Virus record (IMG/VR): IMGVR_UViG_3300020193_000024
Coordinates: 1-57,504 of that record
DNA length: 57,504 nucleotides
Origin: a virus
Taxonomy: Duplodnaviria > Caudoviricetes
Direction: 5' to 3' (one strand)
Part shown: piece after piece, positions 18,190 to 27,183 of the stretch
How the letters are laid out: every line of letters begins with the position of its first letter
How positions within the stretch are numbered: position 1 is the stretch's first letter
Translations under genes and position numbers: made by a program
Notes under the pieces: model-generated
Databases searched by the model: none
Told to the model about the DNA's origin: nothing
Seen by the model: the letters and a program-made list of their open reading frames with translations, nothing else

Positions 18190-18462
18190 TTATGCCCTTC
18201 GAGGGGGTACTAGGTCGAACAGCAATCTGTCAAATTGTTCCTTGTCGGCGTCGTCTGTGTAGCTTCTCAGCTTGAATAAGGTCTGACGGCAAACCTTGCG
18301 CACTTCCCATTCCAGCATATTTAACATCTGTGCAAGCTGCTGCGGCTTGATTGGGTCTTTTTCGTCCAGGCCGTAACGCCTGGCAAGGATGACGAATTCT
18401 TTGTCTTCGAGAGGCGCTTTTAGCAGCAAATCCATCAACAGTTTGCGGTCTTCGGTACGCAC
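18190..18462 (-). CDS. Stand-alone sigma70 region-4-like HTH protein
   Basis: LEDKEFVILARRYGLD...LAQMLNM....VRKV...TLFKLR. Confidence 0.65.
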   Translation of the reverse strand: MRTEDRKLLMDLLLKAPLEDKEFVILARRYGLDEKDPIKPQQLAQMLNMLEWEVRKVCRQTLFKLRSYTDDADKEQFDRLLFDLVPPRRA

Positions 18463-18510
18463 GGTTGCTCCTTATTCAAGGGGTTCCCATTGATAGAATC
18501 CCACGCCCTC

Positions 18511-18538
18511 ATTCTACCCCGAAAACCCAGGATGTAAA
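18511..18538 (-). promoter_or_regulatory. Sigma70-type promoter
   Basis: TTTACA-N16-TAGAAT on minus strand upstream of 18462. Confidence 0.45.
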
Positions 18539-18614
18539 GCGGTTGGACGAGAATCTCTTATTAAATTTCAAAGCTAGACTACTATCTTACTCTATCACCA
18601 AATCAGGAGGACTC

Positions 18615-19352
18615 ATGTTGAGAAATATCTTTTTCACCTTGTTACTATTTGCATTAGCATTACCAAGTTACGCCCAAGAATCTAAAGAACCGAAAACAGT
18701 CAAAGAGTCGCCAAAAACAGTTGATGCTCCTGTACCACCAGCTTCTCCATCCAAGGTAGAAGGTCTTGAGCTACCTCCAGACATGAGTGTTGGCTTTGAT
18801 GAAGGATTCATTAGCCTGACCGCTAAGTGTAGCGGTCCTGTGAAGTGGCTGGTAGTTAGTGCTGTGAAAGTCAAGTATCAAACCATCCCGCAAAATAACT
18901 CAATCATTATTTCGGTGCCACCCGCAGGTGGTTTGGTTACTGTATTCGCTATTGGTGTGGTCGATGGGAAATTGACCGAATTTGCTCGTACCAACGTAAA
19001 CATTACAGCCCCACTAGCAACCGGACCAGAAGCAGGCCCTAAAGGGGTTGCTCCTGTGGTTGAGGGGCCATTGCATGTAACTTTCTTGATTGATATGGAC
19101 ACCGCAACTCCCACAATGGCTCAGTTGCTTAATTCTCCGACGCTGCGACAGGGTATTTCTGCGAAGGGGCACTTTAGGGTTTATGACATCAAGGACAAGA
19201 TTGTCGCCGGGAAGAAGCTAACTCCTTTCGTCACTAAGGTAGGCGGCTCGGCGGTCATGATTGTGCAGCGAAATGACGGTGTGGTTATTTCGGCAGTAGC
19301 CATACCTAACACCGAAGCTGATATTCTGGCCGTCGTTAACGGAACCAAGTAA
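18615..19352 (+). CDS. Exported protein (signal peptide, beta-rich domain)
   Basis: SD AGGAGG; MLRNIFFTLLLFALALPSYA|Q signal peptide. Confidence 0.8.
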   Translation: MLRNIFFTLLLFALALPSYAQESKEPKTVKESPKTVDAPVPPASPSKVEGLELPPDMSVGFDEGFISLTAKCSGPVKWLVVSAVKVKYQTIPQNNSIIISVPPAGGLVTVFAIGVVDGKLTEFARTNVNITAPLATGPEAGPKGVAPVVEGPLHVTFLIDMDTATPTMAQLLNSPTLRQGISAKGHFRVYDIKDKIVAGKKLTPFVTKVGGSAVMIVQRNDGVVISAVAIPNTEADILAVVNGTK

Positions 19353-19433
19353 TTACCAGGTAATTACCTAGAAATTAGTATTGGATGGTACTAGTATTTT
19401 TGGGATAATGGGAGGCACTATAAGGATTATCTA

Positions 19434-21053
19434 ATGAAATATATCCTCTTTGTTCTTTTGTTTGTTTGCATCATAGCTCCTGCATTTATCCTGGCTCAGG
19501 ATAATCCGCCAAAACAAGCTCCGCTAGTTGCTGTAAAGTTGTATACGCCCGATAGTGCAGTCAAGTTTGCAGCGGCTGATATTGCTACTCTGCCGCCCGA
19601 AGAAGCAAAGTTTACTCGTTATCTGTCACTTTACAGCATCCCTCCAGAACGGAGAAGGGCGTATGGACAGACCCTATCGTTTGTTGTTAATTCACTGAGT
19701 CAACGTCGCCGAATTTACATTCCTGTTTTTGTTGGTGGAACGGATGAAACTCTCATTCGTATCAACATTGAGAACTACGATTGGGATGCTCAGTCGTGGG
19801 AGAATTTGGGCAAGAAGGGCAGTGGTGTCAAGCCTCAAGCCGAACCCTATTTTCATGCGCTGATAGAAAAAATTGACTCAACGACCAAGCTAGAACGCAA
19901 AACTATTACCAGAAAAAAGAAAGTTGAAACTGGTTATTATAACCAAGCGGGTCAGAAGCTATATAGAGAAGTCGAAGTAACGGAGGAGGTTGATGTAGAG
20001 GTCAAAGGCGACCCTGTGAAGAACAGGGTTTTAGCGGCGGCTCCTTGGGTAGACCCTGTGGCTATTGCAGCCCTTATCAAAGCAACTAATTCAGAGTTCC
20101 CTGTAATGAGGGCCGATTGGTTTATTATTAAGGCTACCCTGCCTCCTGCTTACTACGACTTCCTCAAGTTAGGGGATGACATCAAGGATTTTGAGCGTCT
20201 TATCTTTACTGACCAGAAATTAGCAGAGAAGGCACGTTCACAATTCAAGGGTGTTGTCGTAACCTCTATTGTTGCTCGCAACAACAGAACTTTGCTGCGA
20301 AGTCCGACGTTCACCAATGGCTACTATTGGCAGAGCCACGACTCCTTGAGCAGCGTTGATGACCGTCAGTATGTGCAGAATATATTGAATGAAAAGTTCG
20401 ATGCAACTGAGGATATTGGTACGTTGCCAAATGGCTTGCAAGCCTATTTCCTAACGGATGGCAAAGGAAAACGGTTAGACTTTGCCAACCCCGACGTTGC
20501 TATCGACAACACGGCAGTAGACCGTATTGTACGAACTGGTCGTAGTTGCATGATATGTCATAGTGAGGGAATTAAGCCTATAGATGACGAAATTCGAACT
20601 CTAACCAAGAAATTACAGAATAAAGAAGCCATCAAGCTCTTAATAGCTAACAAAGAAGATGCTTTCAAGATTGATGACCTGTTCGGCACAGACTTGGATA
20701 AGCAAATTATAAAAGACCAAAATATTTTTTCCGAGGCCGTGGCTGAAACTACAGGACTTCCGATGGATGTGAATGCAAAACAGTATGCCGCTATTTACGA
20801 TTGGTATGCTGAGCATCTACTTACAGTAGAGGACGTTGTGCGGGAGGTTGGTTTACCGCCCGACTTGTTAGAAAAGTACGTCCGGCTGAGTAATGACAAT
20901 GTGATATTGGGGCTGGTTAAACAGCCCATTCGACCCATTCGGCGTGACCAATGGGAACGGTCCTTCCAAGGCTTTATGATAATTGTCATTGCGGCACAGC
21001 AGGGTGCAGTGCCGATTCAGCCTCAACCGCCTTTTGTAAAACAAACCCAATAA
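19434..21053 (+). CDS. Exported protein with one CxxCH heme-c motif
   Basis: Signal peptide; CMICH at 20547-20561; RADWF...YYD.L and LPNGLQAYFL.DG.GKR motifs recalled from planctomycete cytochrome-c-associated proteins. Confidence 0.75.
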   Translation: MKYILFVLLFVCIIAPAFILAQDNPPKQAPLVAVKLYTPDSAVKFAAADIATLPPEEAKFTRYLSLYSIPPERRRAYGQTLSFVVNSLSQRRRIYIPVFVGGTDETLIRINIENYDWDAQSWENLGKKGSGVKPQAEPYFHALIEKIDSTTKLERKTITRKKKVETGYYNQAGQKLYREVEVTEEVDVEVKGDPVKNRVLAAAPWVDPVAIAALIKATNSEFPVMRADWFIIKATLPPAYYDFLKLGDDIKDFERLIFTDQKLAEKARSQFKGVVVTSIVARNNRTLLRSPTFTNGYYWQSHDSLSSVDDRQYVQNILNEKFDATEDIGTLPNGLQAYFLTDGKGKRLDFANPDVAIDNTAVDRIVRTGRSCMICHSEGIKPIDDEIRTLTKKLQNKEAIKLLIANKEDAFKIDDLFGTDLDKQIIKDQNIFSEAVAETTGLPMDVNAKQYAAIYDWYAEHLLTVEDVVREVGLPPDLLEKYVRLSNDNVILGLVKQPIRPIRRDQWERSFQGFMIIVIAAQQGAVPIQPQPPFVKQTQ

Positions 21054-21063
21054 AAAGGAAAAC

Positions 21064-21942
21064 ATGAATGATAAACTTTTCAAATTGATAGTGTACTTGG
21101 GGCTGATAGCCGTCGCTGTGGCCCCTTCAAATGTGTTTGCTCAGTCATGCGGCCCTAGAAGGGTTGTAGTGACAACACCGCATGTGGTTCATACCCCAGT
21201 AGTTACTCCCATAGTTAAAGAGGTAGTTACTCCGGTTGCAGTGCCAGTTCTCGTACCCGCCTTCCAGTTTCAATACTCCCCTCCCTGCGTAACTCCAGGG
21301 TATGCAGCCGCCCCAGCTTATGGCGTACCTCATGGTGCAGGTTATGCACAACCAGGATATTCCGCAGGTTATGGGGCGCAAGGCTATGCAGGAGCGCCAG
21401 GCTATGGCCAGGGTGTTCCTCCAATGGCACAGCCAGGGTATCAACAAGGTGCTGCCCCTCAGCCAGGACAGCCTGGAGAGAGTCAGCAAGACATGGTTCG
21501 AGCTTTGGCTAAGGCTCTGCTAGAGGAAATGAGCCGTCAGTCTCAGGCACAAGCACCTGCGGGTGGCCCGCCTGATGCTGGTCCACCTGCGGCACCCGCT
21601 CCAGTAGGTGGCCCAAATCCCGCTCCAGCTAATCCTAACCCATTCCCGACCGCACTCCCTAATCAGTTTCCCGCAGGACCAAACGGTCAGGCGTTGGCAA
21701 CCTTTGCATATAACGCAACGATTAAGAACTGTGCTGCCTGTCACACAGGCATCGGGTCTAAGGGCGACACCATCATCTTCTCACAGCCTGGAGTGCTAAA
21801 TCCAGCCGCTCCGTGGAAAACAATGGCTAAGGAAGTTCAGGAAGGTCGTATGCCCAGCCGTGATTCACAGTATAGACTTACGCCAGAAGAGGCTCAGGCC
21901 ATTTTGGCCTGGTATACAGAAATGGGCCGAGCAGGTCGTTAA
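21064..21942 (+). CDS. Exported protein with low-complexity linker and C-terminal monoheme cytochrome c domain
   Basis: Signal peptide; G/Y/P/Q-rich linker; CAACH at 21730-21744; distal GRMP and LT.EE...IL.W class-I cytochrome c pattern. Confidence 0.8.
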   Translation: MNDKLFKLIVYLGLIAVAVAPSNVFAQSCGPRRVVVTTPHVVHTPVVTPIVKEVVTPVAVPVLVPAFQFQYSPPCVTPGYAAAPAYGVPHGAGYAQPGYSAGYGAQGYAGAPGYGQGVPPMAQPGYQQGAAPQPGQPGESQQDMVRALAKALLEEMSRQSQAQAPAGGPPDAGPPAAPAPVGGPNPAPANPNPFPTALPNQFPAGPNGQALATFAYNATIKNCAACHTGIGSKGDTIIFSQPGVLNPAAPWKTMAKEVQEGRMPSRDSQYRLTPEEAQAILAWYTEMGRAGR

Positions 21943-22030
21943 AAAAAAGTGAGGAACGACACTATATTAGGTGTTCCAAAAATTCAAGTTCGAACACTAT
22001 CTATGGTGTCAGTTTCCTACAGGAGGTAAT

Positions 22031-22645
22031 ATGAAAATTTGGCTAACCAGTATGGTTTTGGCCGTTGCTGCTCTGTTTTATGCAGGCGCAAAGGCTGACG
22101 CTGCTGTCGTTGTCCGTGCGGGCAACGTAAGAGTTGTTACACCGGGCTTCAATCGGGTTGCATTTGTTGGTCACAACCACAATTTTGCATTCAACAACCG
22201 TTTTGCGGTCAACCGATTTGCTTTCAATCATGGTCATAACTTTGCTTTCAATCATGGTCATAACTTTGCTTTCAATCGTTTTGGCTTCGGTTACAACAAC
22301 TTCGGCTACAACAACTTCGCTTTCAGCTATCCAGTAGCCAGCTATGCTGCTACTTACGCCGCTCCTAGCTACGCTGTTGCTTGCCCAACTGTTGCAGCCC
22401 CAATTACTTACTCGGCACCTGTTTGTGCCCCGGCAGTATCTTATGCTGCTGCACCTGTCTGCGCTCCAGTAGCGTCATACGGTGTTGGTTATGGTGCTGG
22501 TTTTGCGGCCCCATACGGTGTTGGATTCGGAGGCTATGGTTTCGGCGCACATAACGTAGGTTATGGCGTTGGATTCAACCGCTTCTTCGGGTTTAACCAC
22601 TTCAACACCTTCGGTAACAGGTTTGCAGTTCGCACTCATCACTAA
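22031..22645 (+). CDS. Exported F/N/G/Y/A-rich low-complexity repeat protein
   Basis: SD AGGAGG; signal peptide; FAFNHGHN, FGYNN and APVCAP repeats. Confidence 0.8.
   Translation: MKIWLTSMVLAVAALFYAGAKADAAVVVRAGNVRVVTPGFNRVAFVGHNHNFAFNNRFAVNRFAFNHGHNFAFNHGHNFAFNRFGFGYNNFGYNNFAFSYPVASYAATYAAPSYAVACPTVAAPITYSAPVCAPAVSYAAAPVCAPVASYGVGYGAGFAAPYGVGFGGYGFGAHNVGYGVGFNRFFGFNHFNTFGNRFAVRTHH
22217..22277 (+). repeat. 24-bp coding tandem repeat (about 2.5 copies)
   Basis: TTTGCTTTCAATCATGGTCATAAC repeated, encoding FAFNHGHN. Confidence 0.9.
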
Positions 22646-22664
22646 GACTGATGGGTAGTAAAAC

Positions 22665-22700
22665 AAAAAACCCCTGGAAGTTATCTTCCAGGGGTTTTTT
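22665..22700. terminator. Bidirectional intrinsic terminator
   Basis: A6-CCCCTGGAAG-TTAT-CTTCCAGGGG-T6 between convergent genes. Confidence 0.9.
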
Positions 22701-22713
22701 ATTGCTTGTTTTT

Positions 22714-23178
22714 TTAGCCTAACAAGATTTCGACGCCACTCATTGGGTCTTCGTTAATCAGGACATCTTGCTGCTTGTGCGTTGGCTGACCTTCGTTGAG
22801 GGTCTGCTGCGGCTGCGGCGGAATTACCTGTTCTACGGTTCCTTTAGCGGTCACTCTGTCTGGTTGGTTAAGCAGTAGCTTTTGCTCTTGCATAGTGGTA
22901 CTCCTTTGCTCCTCTGGTGAAATAAGTGTTTCAATAAGCCTCAGTTCATTAGTCCGCAACATGGGCAAAAAGTAACTATCGCCCTGGAACTCGGCCCCAC
23001 GGGGGACAAGTATCATGTTGCCGACTCTCACGCCTCCCTTAATCGGCGGTTTGGCTAACTGTAAGTCACCTTTAGTGTTGTTCGCAAAAACGTACACCCC
23101 TTCGCCTTTAAGAGACTCAGCGATTTTAGCCTTGCGGTTCTCCGCACGCTCAAATCGGTTGAATTTATTGTATTTCAT
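22714..23178 (-). CDS. Hypothetical protein
   Basis: 154-aa ORF with SD-like AAAGG and upstream TATATA. Confidence 0.7.
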   Translation of the reverse strand: MKYNKFNRFERAENRKAKIAESLKGEGVYVFANNTKGDLQLAKPPIKGGVRVGNMILVPRGAEFQGDSYFLPMLRTNELRLIETLISPEEQRSTTMQEQKLLLNQPDRVTAKGTVEQVIPPQPQQTLNEGQPTHKQQDVLINEDPMSGVEILLG

Positions 23179-23249
23179 AGTTATAGCCTTTCATAAAACT
23201 AACTCTAACTATATAATAACGTTAGACGCTTTTTTCAAGGAGTAATTCA

Positions 23250-24137
23250 ATGAAACCGCCAAAATGGACCGATACTTACCCGCATGGTACTAAGCAGGGT
23301 GACGAAGAGGTCAAGTTCTTCATCTCACTAGCAAGAAACCCCAAGTTCCAGTGGCGTAGCACTTCCGCTATCGCTAAGGAATCTGGTTTGACCAAAGAAC
23401 GAGTCGAAGAAATCATTCAGAAGTACCACAGAAAAGGCATGATATTCCAGAATCCTAAGAATGATGAACAGTGGGGGTATTGGGAACGAGTGCCAGAAAT
23501 GCTACCTGACGCCAAGAAGTCTATTTCTGGCAAAGACCAGTGCGACCGGGTGAACAAGGCCGTCTCAAAGGATATGGTTTGCAATGATGACCCCTGCATT
23601 AGTGGCGATACCATGATGCAGTTCCAGACGCTCAAGACTAGCTATGGTGTCAATCTCCAGATGAAGGACGAATGGATTCCTATTGCCGATGTGAAACAAG
23701 AATGGCTAGTAACTAGTCCTCCAGTTGCTAGTGTTTACAACCCTGGTTTTGCCAATTTTGCTCCGACTCCTTGCGATGTGGTGCATGTGAACAAGGAAGG
23801 CGACCGCCGTATCTTCTATATCGACGTTGCCAACATGCCTACTGTAAAGGCAGAGAAGTTCATAGAAAACCTCAAGGCTGCGTTCAAAAAGAAAAAGGTC
23901 GAGAACGACCCGAAGATGGCTGAACATGTTTTGAAGATGGAAAAGCTGGAAGAACTCAAGCTAGAGGTTATGGCTAAGAACCCTTGTATTATGGGTGTGC
24001 CAGTTCCAGAACAAGAGTCGATTCCAGGAGCAGAGATGGGCGAAGCAGTACCGGACGACGTTGCGTATTTTCGCAGCAGGCTTTTTACACCACTGAACTT
24101 CCCCAAGGATGCCGGTAAGTCTGACTACAAGATATAA
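23250..24137 (+). CDS. Winged-HTH protein fused to a T4-type portal (gp20) clip/stem fragment
   Basis: N-terminal WRSTSAIAKESGLTKERVEEII; C-terminal DRRIFYIDVANMP..KA and IPGAE.G...DDVAYFR..LF..LNFP match gp20 motifs. Confidence 0.7.
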   Translation: MKPPKWTDTYPHGTKQGDEEVKFFISLARNPKFQWRSTSAIAKESGLTKERVEEIIQKYHRKGMIFQNPKNDEQWGYWERVPEMLPDAKKSISGKDQCDRVNKAVSKDMVCNDDPCISGDTMMQFQTLKTSYGVNLQMKDEWIPIADVKQEWLVTSPPVASVYNPGFANFAPTPCDVVHVNKEGDRRIFYIDVANMPTVKAEKFIENLKAAFKKKKVENDPKMAEHVLKMEKLEELKLEVMAKNPCIMGVPVPEQESIPGAEMGEAVPDDVAYFRSRLFTPLNFPKDAGKSDYKI

Positions 24138-24182
24138 ACTTCCAGATACTGTAGCGTCTGGACACGCTTTGCAACTCCTAAC

Positions 24183-24220
24183 AAAAACAAGGCGACCTTG
24201 CGCAGGGTCGCCTTGTTTTT
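24183..24220. terminator. Bidirectional intrinsic terminator
   Basis: AAAAACAAGGCGACCTTG-CG-CAGGGTCGCCTTGTTTTT. Confidence 0.9.
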
Positions 24221-24228
24221 CTAGTGTG

Positions 24229-24441
24229 TCAGAAGTTACCAGGTGCTTTACGGCTTGGCTTGTGGCTACCCATCTTGAATTTAGCGTCTGCTGCTGTTGG
24301 CATGAAGTAGCCATCAGGGTACTGTGAACGCACATAGGCGTCCGGGTAGGCCCAATGAGCAATACCGCCTCGTTTGGTGTCTTCGCTAACGGCAGGAAGC
24401 TCAAGCTTTTCGCCTTCTGCCCACTGTAGAAATGTCTTCAT
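24229..24441 (-). CDS. Small putative internal head protein with CTS-like N-terminus
   Basis: MKTFLQWAE; SD GGGAG; TAAATA upstream. Confidence 0.7.
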   Translation of the reverse strand: MKTFLQWAEGEKLELPAVSEDTKRGGIAHWAYPDAYVRSQYPDGYFMPTAADAKFKMGSHKPSRKAPGNF

Positions 24442-24523
24442 AAAAAATCTCCCTTGACAATAAGTTGCAACTTACCCTTATTTATGTTAGTAGTTACGAT
24501 TTTATGTTATAATTCGGTTTAGC

Positions 24524-25234
24524 ATGACACAACCTGCCGTTATTGTTAGCAAAGTCAAGTTGACTCCTCTGGCAACGCCTCCTTTTGGGGAGTTGTCGGA
24601 ACATATAGTGCGAACGTGTAACTTTTGTGCTAAAGAGGTTGCTGCCCCGGCCTATGTGGAGCGTATTAACCAAAGACTAGGCGGAAAGAGGGATTTTTAT
24701 TGCTCATTCTGTCTTCGCAATGACCTTCACACCCGTAATAGCCGACACATCCTAGTTATGAGTTTCCGTAGCATTGTTGGCTATTATTACTACGAGCATT
24801 ACATCGGTTCCCACACTCCTGCCAGTCGTCGTATGTGGCTAGCCGAAATTGACGATTACGTCCAGGCCCATGCAGAGGTTGGTTTGACCAACCCTGTGTT
24901 TAACTACGACCCAAACACCTTGTTATGGTTTGTTGATTTCTCTAAGGTTGGCACTTCAAAAAAGAAAATCAAAGTGGAAGAAATCTTGAAAACTGTGGTT
25001 AATGTGCTAGCAACTTTTAACTTACCGGAACAAATACCTGGCATTCAGTCCACCAGGTTCTATGAGAAGTACCGAGACGCAATCATGGAGTTCTATAACC
25101 AGCGGTATCGGCCCGAAGGTCGCAAGATGCTTATTCCAACCTTCGTCGGGTGTGTGGGCAATGGCGACAACCGCTTAAACAATGTTCTTGAGAAGACCAG
25201 AAATTTCACCATGAATGATATGGTCCCCAGGTAA
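24524..25234 (+). CDS. Hypothetical protein with CxxC...CxxC Zn site
   Basis: CNFC and CSFC; extended -10 TGTTATAAT upstream. Confidence 0.7.
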   Translation: MTQPAVIVSKVKLTPLATPPFGELSEHIVRTCNFCAKEVAAPAYVERINQRLGGKRDFYCSFCLRNDLHTRNSRHILVMSFRSIVGYYYYEHYIGSHTPASRRMWLAEIDDYVQAHAEVGLTNPVFNYDPNTLLWFVDFSKVGTSKKKIKVEEILKTVVNVLATFNLPEQIPGIQSTRFYEKYRDAIMEFYNQRYRPEGRKMLIPTFVGCVGNGDNRLNNVLEKTRNFTMNDMVPR

Positions 25235-25239
25235 ATCTC

Positions 25240-25268
25240 TTGACGCCAGACTCTTTTTCAGATAGAAT
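25240..25268 (+). promoter_or_regulatory. Sigma70-type promoter
   Basis: TTGACG-N17-TAGAAT. Confidence 0.7.
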
Positions 25269-25317
25269 TACTAATTCGGTTATGTCAAAGACATTCACAG
25301 AAAGAAAGGACAGGACA

Positions 25318-25632
25318 ATGAGTGGTTCGTTAACGGTCAAGATTACTTCCCGCAAGTCCAAGACTGGACAAGAAGTGTGGGAAGGCACCGCAAATCTCAG
25401 CAGCAAACGGGTACGTCCAACCAAGCTGCAAAAGCAGGACGGTGCAACAGAGTACACCACCAGGTCGGCGGTCGCTCAGGCGGCTCAGAAGCTGGCTGAT
25501 GAGTTGAAGCTTACTCTGAAACTGGACGAGAAAACACCAGTCAAGAAGGCAGCAAAGAAGTCCACCAAGAAAAAGGCCAGCACTACCGCTGGTTGCAGTG
25601 GCACCCCCTGCACTCCTCCCTGGATGCAGTAA
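25318..25632 (+). CDS. Small basic protein with histone-like KKAAKK tail
   Basis: Own promoter and terminator; VKKAAKKSTKKKAS. Confidence 0.7.
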   Translation: MSGSLTVKITSRKSKTGQEVWEGTANLSSKRVRPTKLQKQDGATEYTTRSAVAQAAQKLADELKLTLKLDEKTPVKKAAKKSTKKKASTTAGCSGTPCTPPWMQ

Positions 25633-25653
25633 TGGAAGCAAAAAACGCTTGTG

Positions 25654-25689
25654 AGAAACAACCTGGAATAATCCAGGTTGTTTCTTTTT
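25654..25689 (+). terminator. Intrinsic terminator
   Basis: AGAAACAACCTGGA-ATAA-TCCAGGTTGTTTCT-TTTT. Confidence 0.85.
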
Positions 25690-25756
25690 ATAGATGGTGG
25701 GTATCAGCTAACAAGAAATATGGCCAGGTGTGTAAATAACTAGTAAGGAGGACACT

Positions 25757-25966
25757 ATGGGTTGTGGTTGTGGGGGTGGAGGTCGTCGCAATGTTTTGCC
25801 GCCACCGACACCGAAAACTTCACCTGACAAGGTGCTGCCAATTTTAATGGGACCAGACGGTAAGCCTGTGGTAGCACAGCCTACGGTCATGGAACAGAAC
25901 CGACACATAGAAAGGCTCAGGAGAGATAAAATCCTGAAACATCTCGGGAAACCCCTGATGCTTTGA
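25757..25966 (+). CDS. Small late protein with MGCGCGG N-terminus
   Basis: TAAATA and SD AGGAGG upstream. Confidence 0.7.
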   Translation: MGCGCGGGGRRNVLPPPTPKTSPDKVLPILMGPDGKPVVAQPTVMEQNRHIERLRRDKILKHLGKPLML

Positions 25967-25999
25967 TATATAGGTTATTCTAAAGGAGACAAAACCGCC

Positions 26000-27076
26000 A
26001 TGATGAGATACAAGCAATGGAAATTACTAAATGAGTCGTTGGGTGGCGCACCCCTGACACTCGGCCTGGGTCGCCCATCGACGCTGGGCATTAGCGGCAG
26101 TCGTTTTGCCGAAGCCAAGTCTAAGAAGATGCTTGGCGGTGCAGACTTGGGCGGCGGCGATATGCCAATGCCGATGCCAAAGAAGAAGAAGAAGCCACAT
26201 CCTGACGACGTTCCCGATGAGGAAGGCGATGAGGACTTGGACAGCCTTGGCGGTGATGAGGACGAAATTCCCGACGACGAGGGCGACGAAGATACGGACG
26301 ACCTTGGCGATGAAGGCGAAGACGACCTTGACGACGAGGGTGGCGACGACGACGTTCCTGACGACCTGGGCGATGACCTGGGCGATGACCTGGGCGATGA
26401 CCTGGGCGATGACCTGGGCGATGACTTGGGCGGTGACATGGGTGGCGACATGGGTGGCGACGAAGATATGCCTATGCCAGCACCTAAGAAGAAGCCCAAC
26501 ATTCTGGACAAGACCCACATGATTCATCATGGCGCAAAAATGATGAAGAGTGGTGCTAAGATGTTGCACAAGGGTATGAAGGAAGAGAAGGAAGATTGCG
26601 GCGACGACCATGACGATGAGGGCGATGAGGAAGAGGGTAAGGCAATCCTTGGCTCCCCAATGGGATTCTGCCACAAGTGCAGCAAGAAACAATCCAAGAA
26701 GCAGTCCAAGAAACAATCGAAGAAAATGACCAAAGAAGAGGTCGAGTTCTTTAAGAGCATTCAGAGTCAACTAGGCGGAACCCGTTTCAAACAAGAAAAT
26801 GGTGAGTTTGTCGTAGACGAAGATGCTGTACTTCCTCCTTCGGACCCAAATGCAAACCTGGTAGACGATAACCAGCCTTCTCCTGGCGATGTAGGGTTTG
26901 CTCCGCAACAGCGTGTAGGCACTATTGGTTCGTTTGCCGAATGGCGTGCCCGCCATACTGGCGAGGCCATCAATGAGTGTCGTGGCTGTGGCAAGGGTAG
27001 CGAGAAAAAGAAGAAGCCAGCCAAAACTAAGAGGACTACTAAGGCCAAGAAGCCTAATATGTCCTGGTTTGGCTAA
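26000..27076 (+). CDS. Acidic/basic low-complexity putative prohead core or internal protein
   Basis: MMRYKQWKLLNE|S; DDLG repeats; KKQS repeats; TATATA and SD upstream. Confidence 0.75.
   Translation: MMRYKQWKLLNESLGGAPLTLGLGRPSTLGISGSRFAEAKSKKMLGGADLGGGDMPMPMPKKKKKPHPDDVPDEEGDEDLDSLGGDEDEIPDDEGDEDTDDLGDEGEDDLDDEGGDDDVPDDLGDDLGDDLGDDLGDDLGDDLGGDMGGDMGGDEDMPMPAPKKKPNILDKTHMIHHGAKMMKSGAKMLHKGMKEEKEDCGDDHDDEGDEEEGKAILGSPMGFCHKCSKKQSKKQSKKQSKKMTKEEVEFFKSIQSQLGGTRFKQENGEFVVDEDAVLPPSDPNANLVDDNQPSPGDVGFAPQQRVGTIGSFAEWRARHTGEAINECRGCGKGSEKKKKPAKTKRTTKAKKPNMSWFG
26360..26455 (+). repeat. 12-bp coding tandem repeat (8 units, DDLG/GDMG)
   Basis: GATGACCTGGGC x4 exact plus degenerate flanking units. 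Confidence 0.9.
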
Positions 27077-27113
27077 CGATTCAGGAGAATGACAGATTTC
27101 AAACTCTGACATT

Positions 27114-27145
27114 AAGGCCGGTAACTTGTTGTTACCGGCCTTTTT
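27114..27145 (+). terminator. Intrinsic terminator
   Basis: AAGGCCGGTAAC-TTGTT-GTTACCGGCCTT-TTT. Confidence 0.85.
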
Positions 27146-27148
27146 CTA

Positions 27149-27177
27149 TTGATGTTATGATGAAGGATAGCTATAAT
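27149..27177 (+). promoter_or_regulatory. Sigma70-type promoter for a leaderless small ORF
   Basis: TTGATG-N17-TATAAT, 6 nt before ATG 27184. Confidence 0.65.
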
Positions 27178-27183
27178 CTCACC

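Noticed and set aside
26360-26455. CRISPR array or non-coding repeat
   Set aside because: 12-bp units without spacers, in frame within a CDS (DDLG)
26027-26770. 247-aa antisense ORF with AQVI repeats
   Set aside because: Shadow of the low-complexity plus-strand gene; no independent start signals
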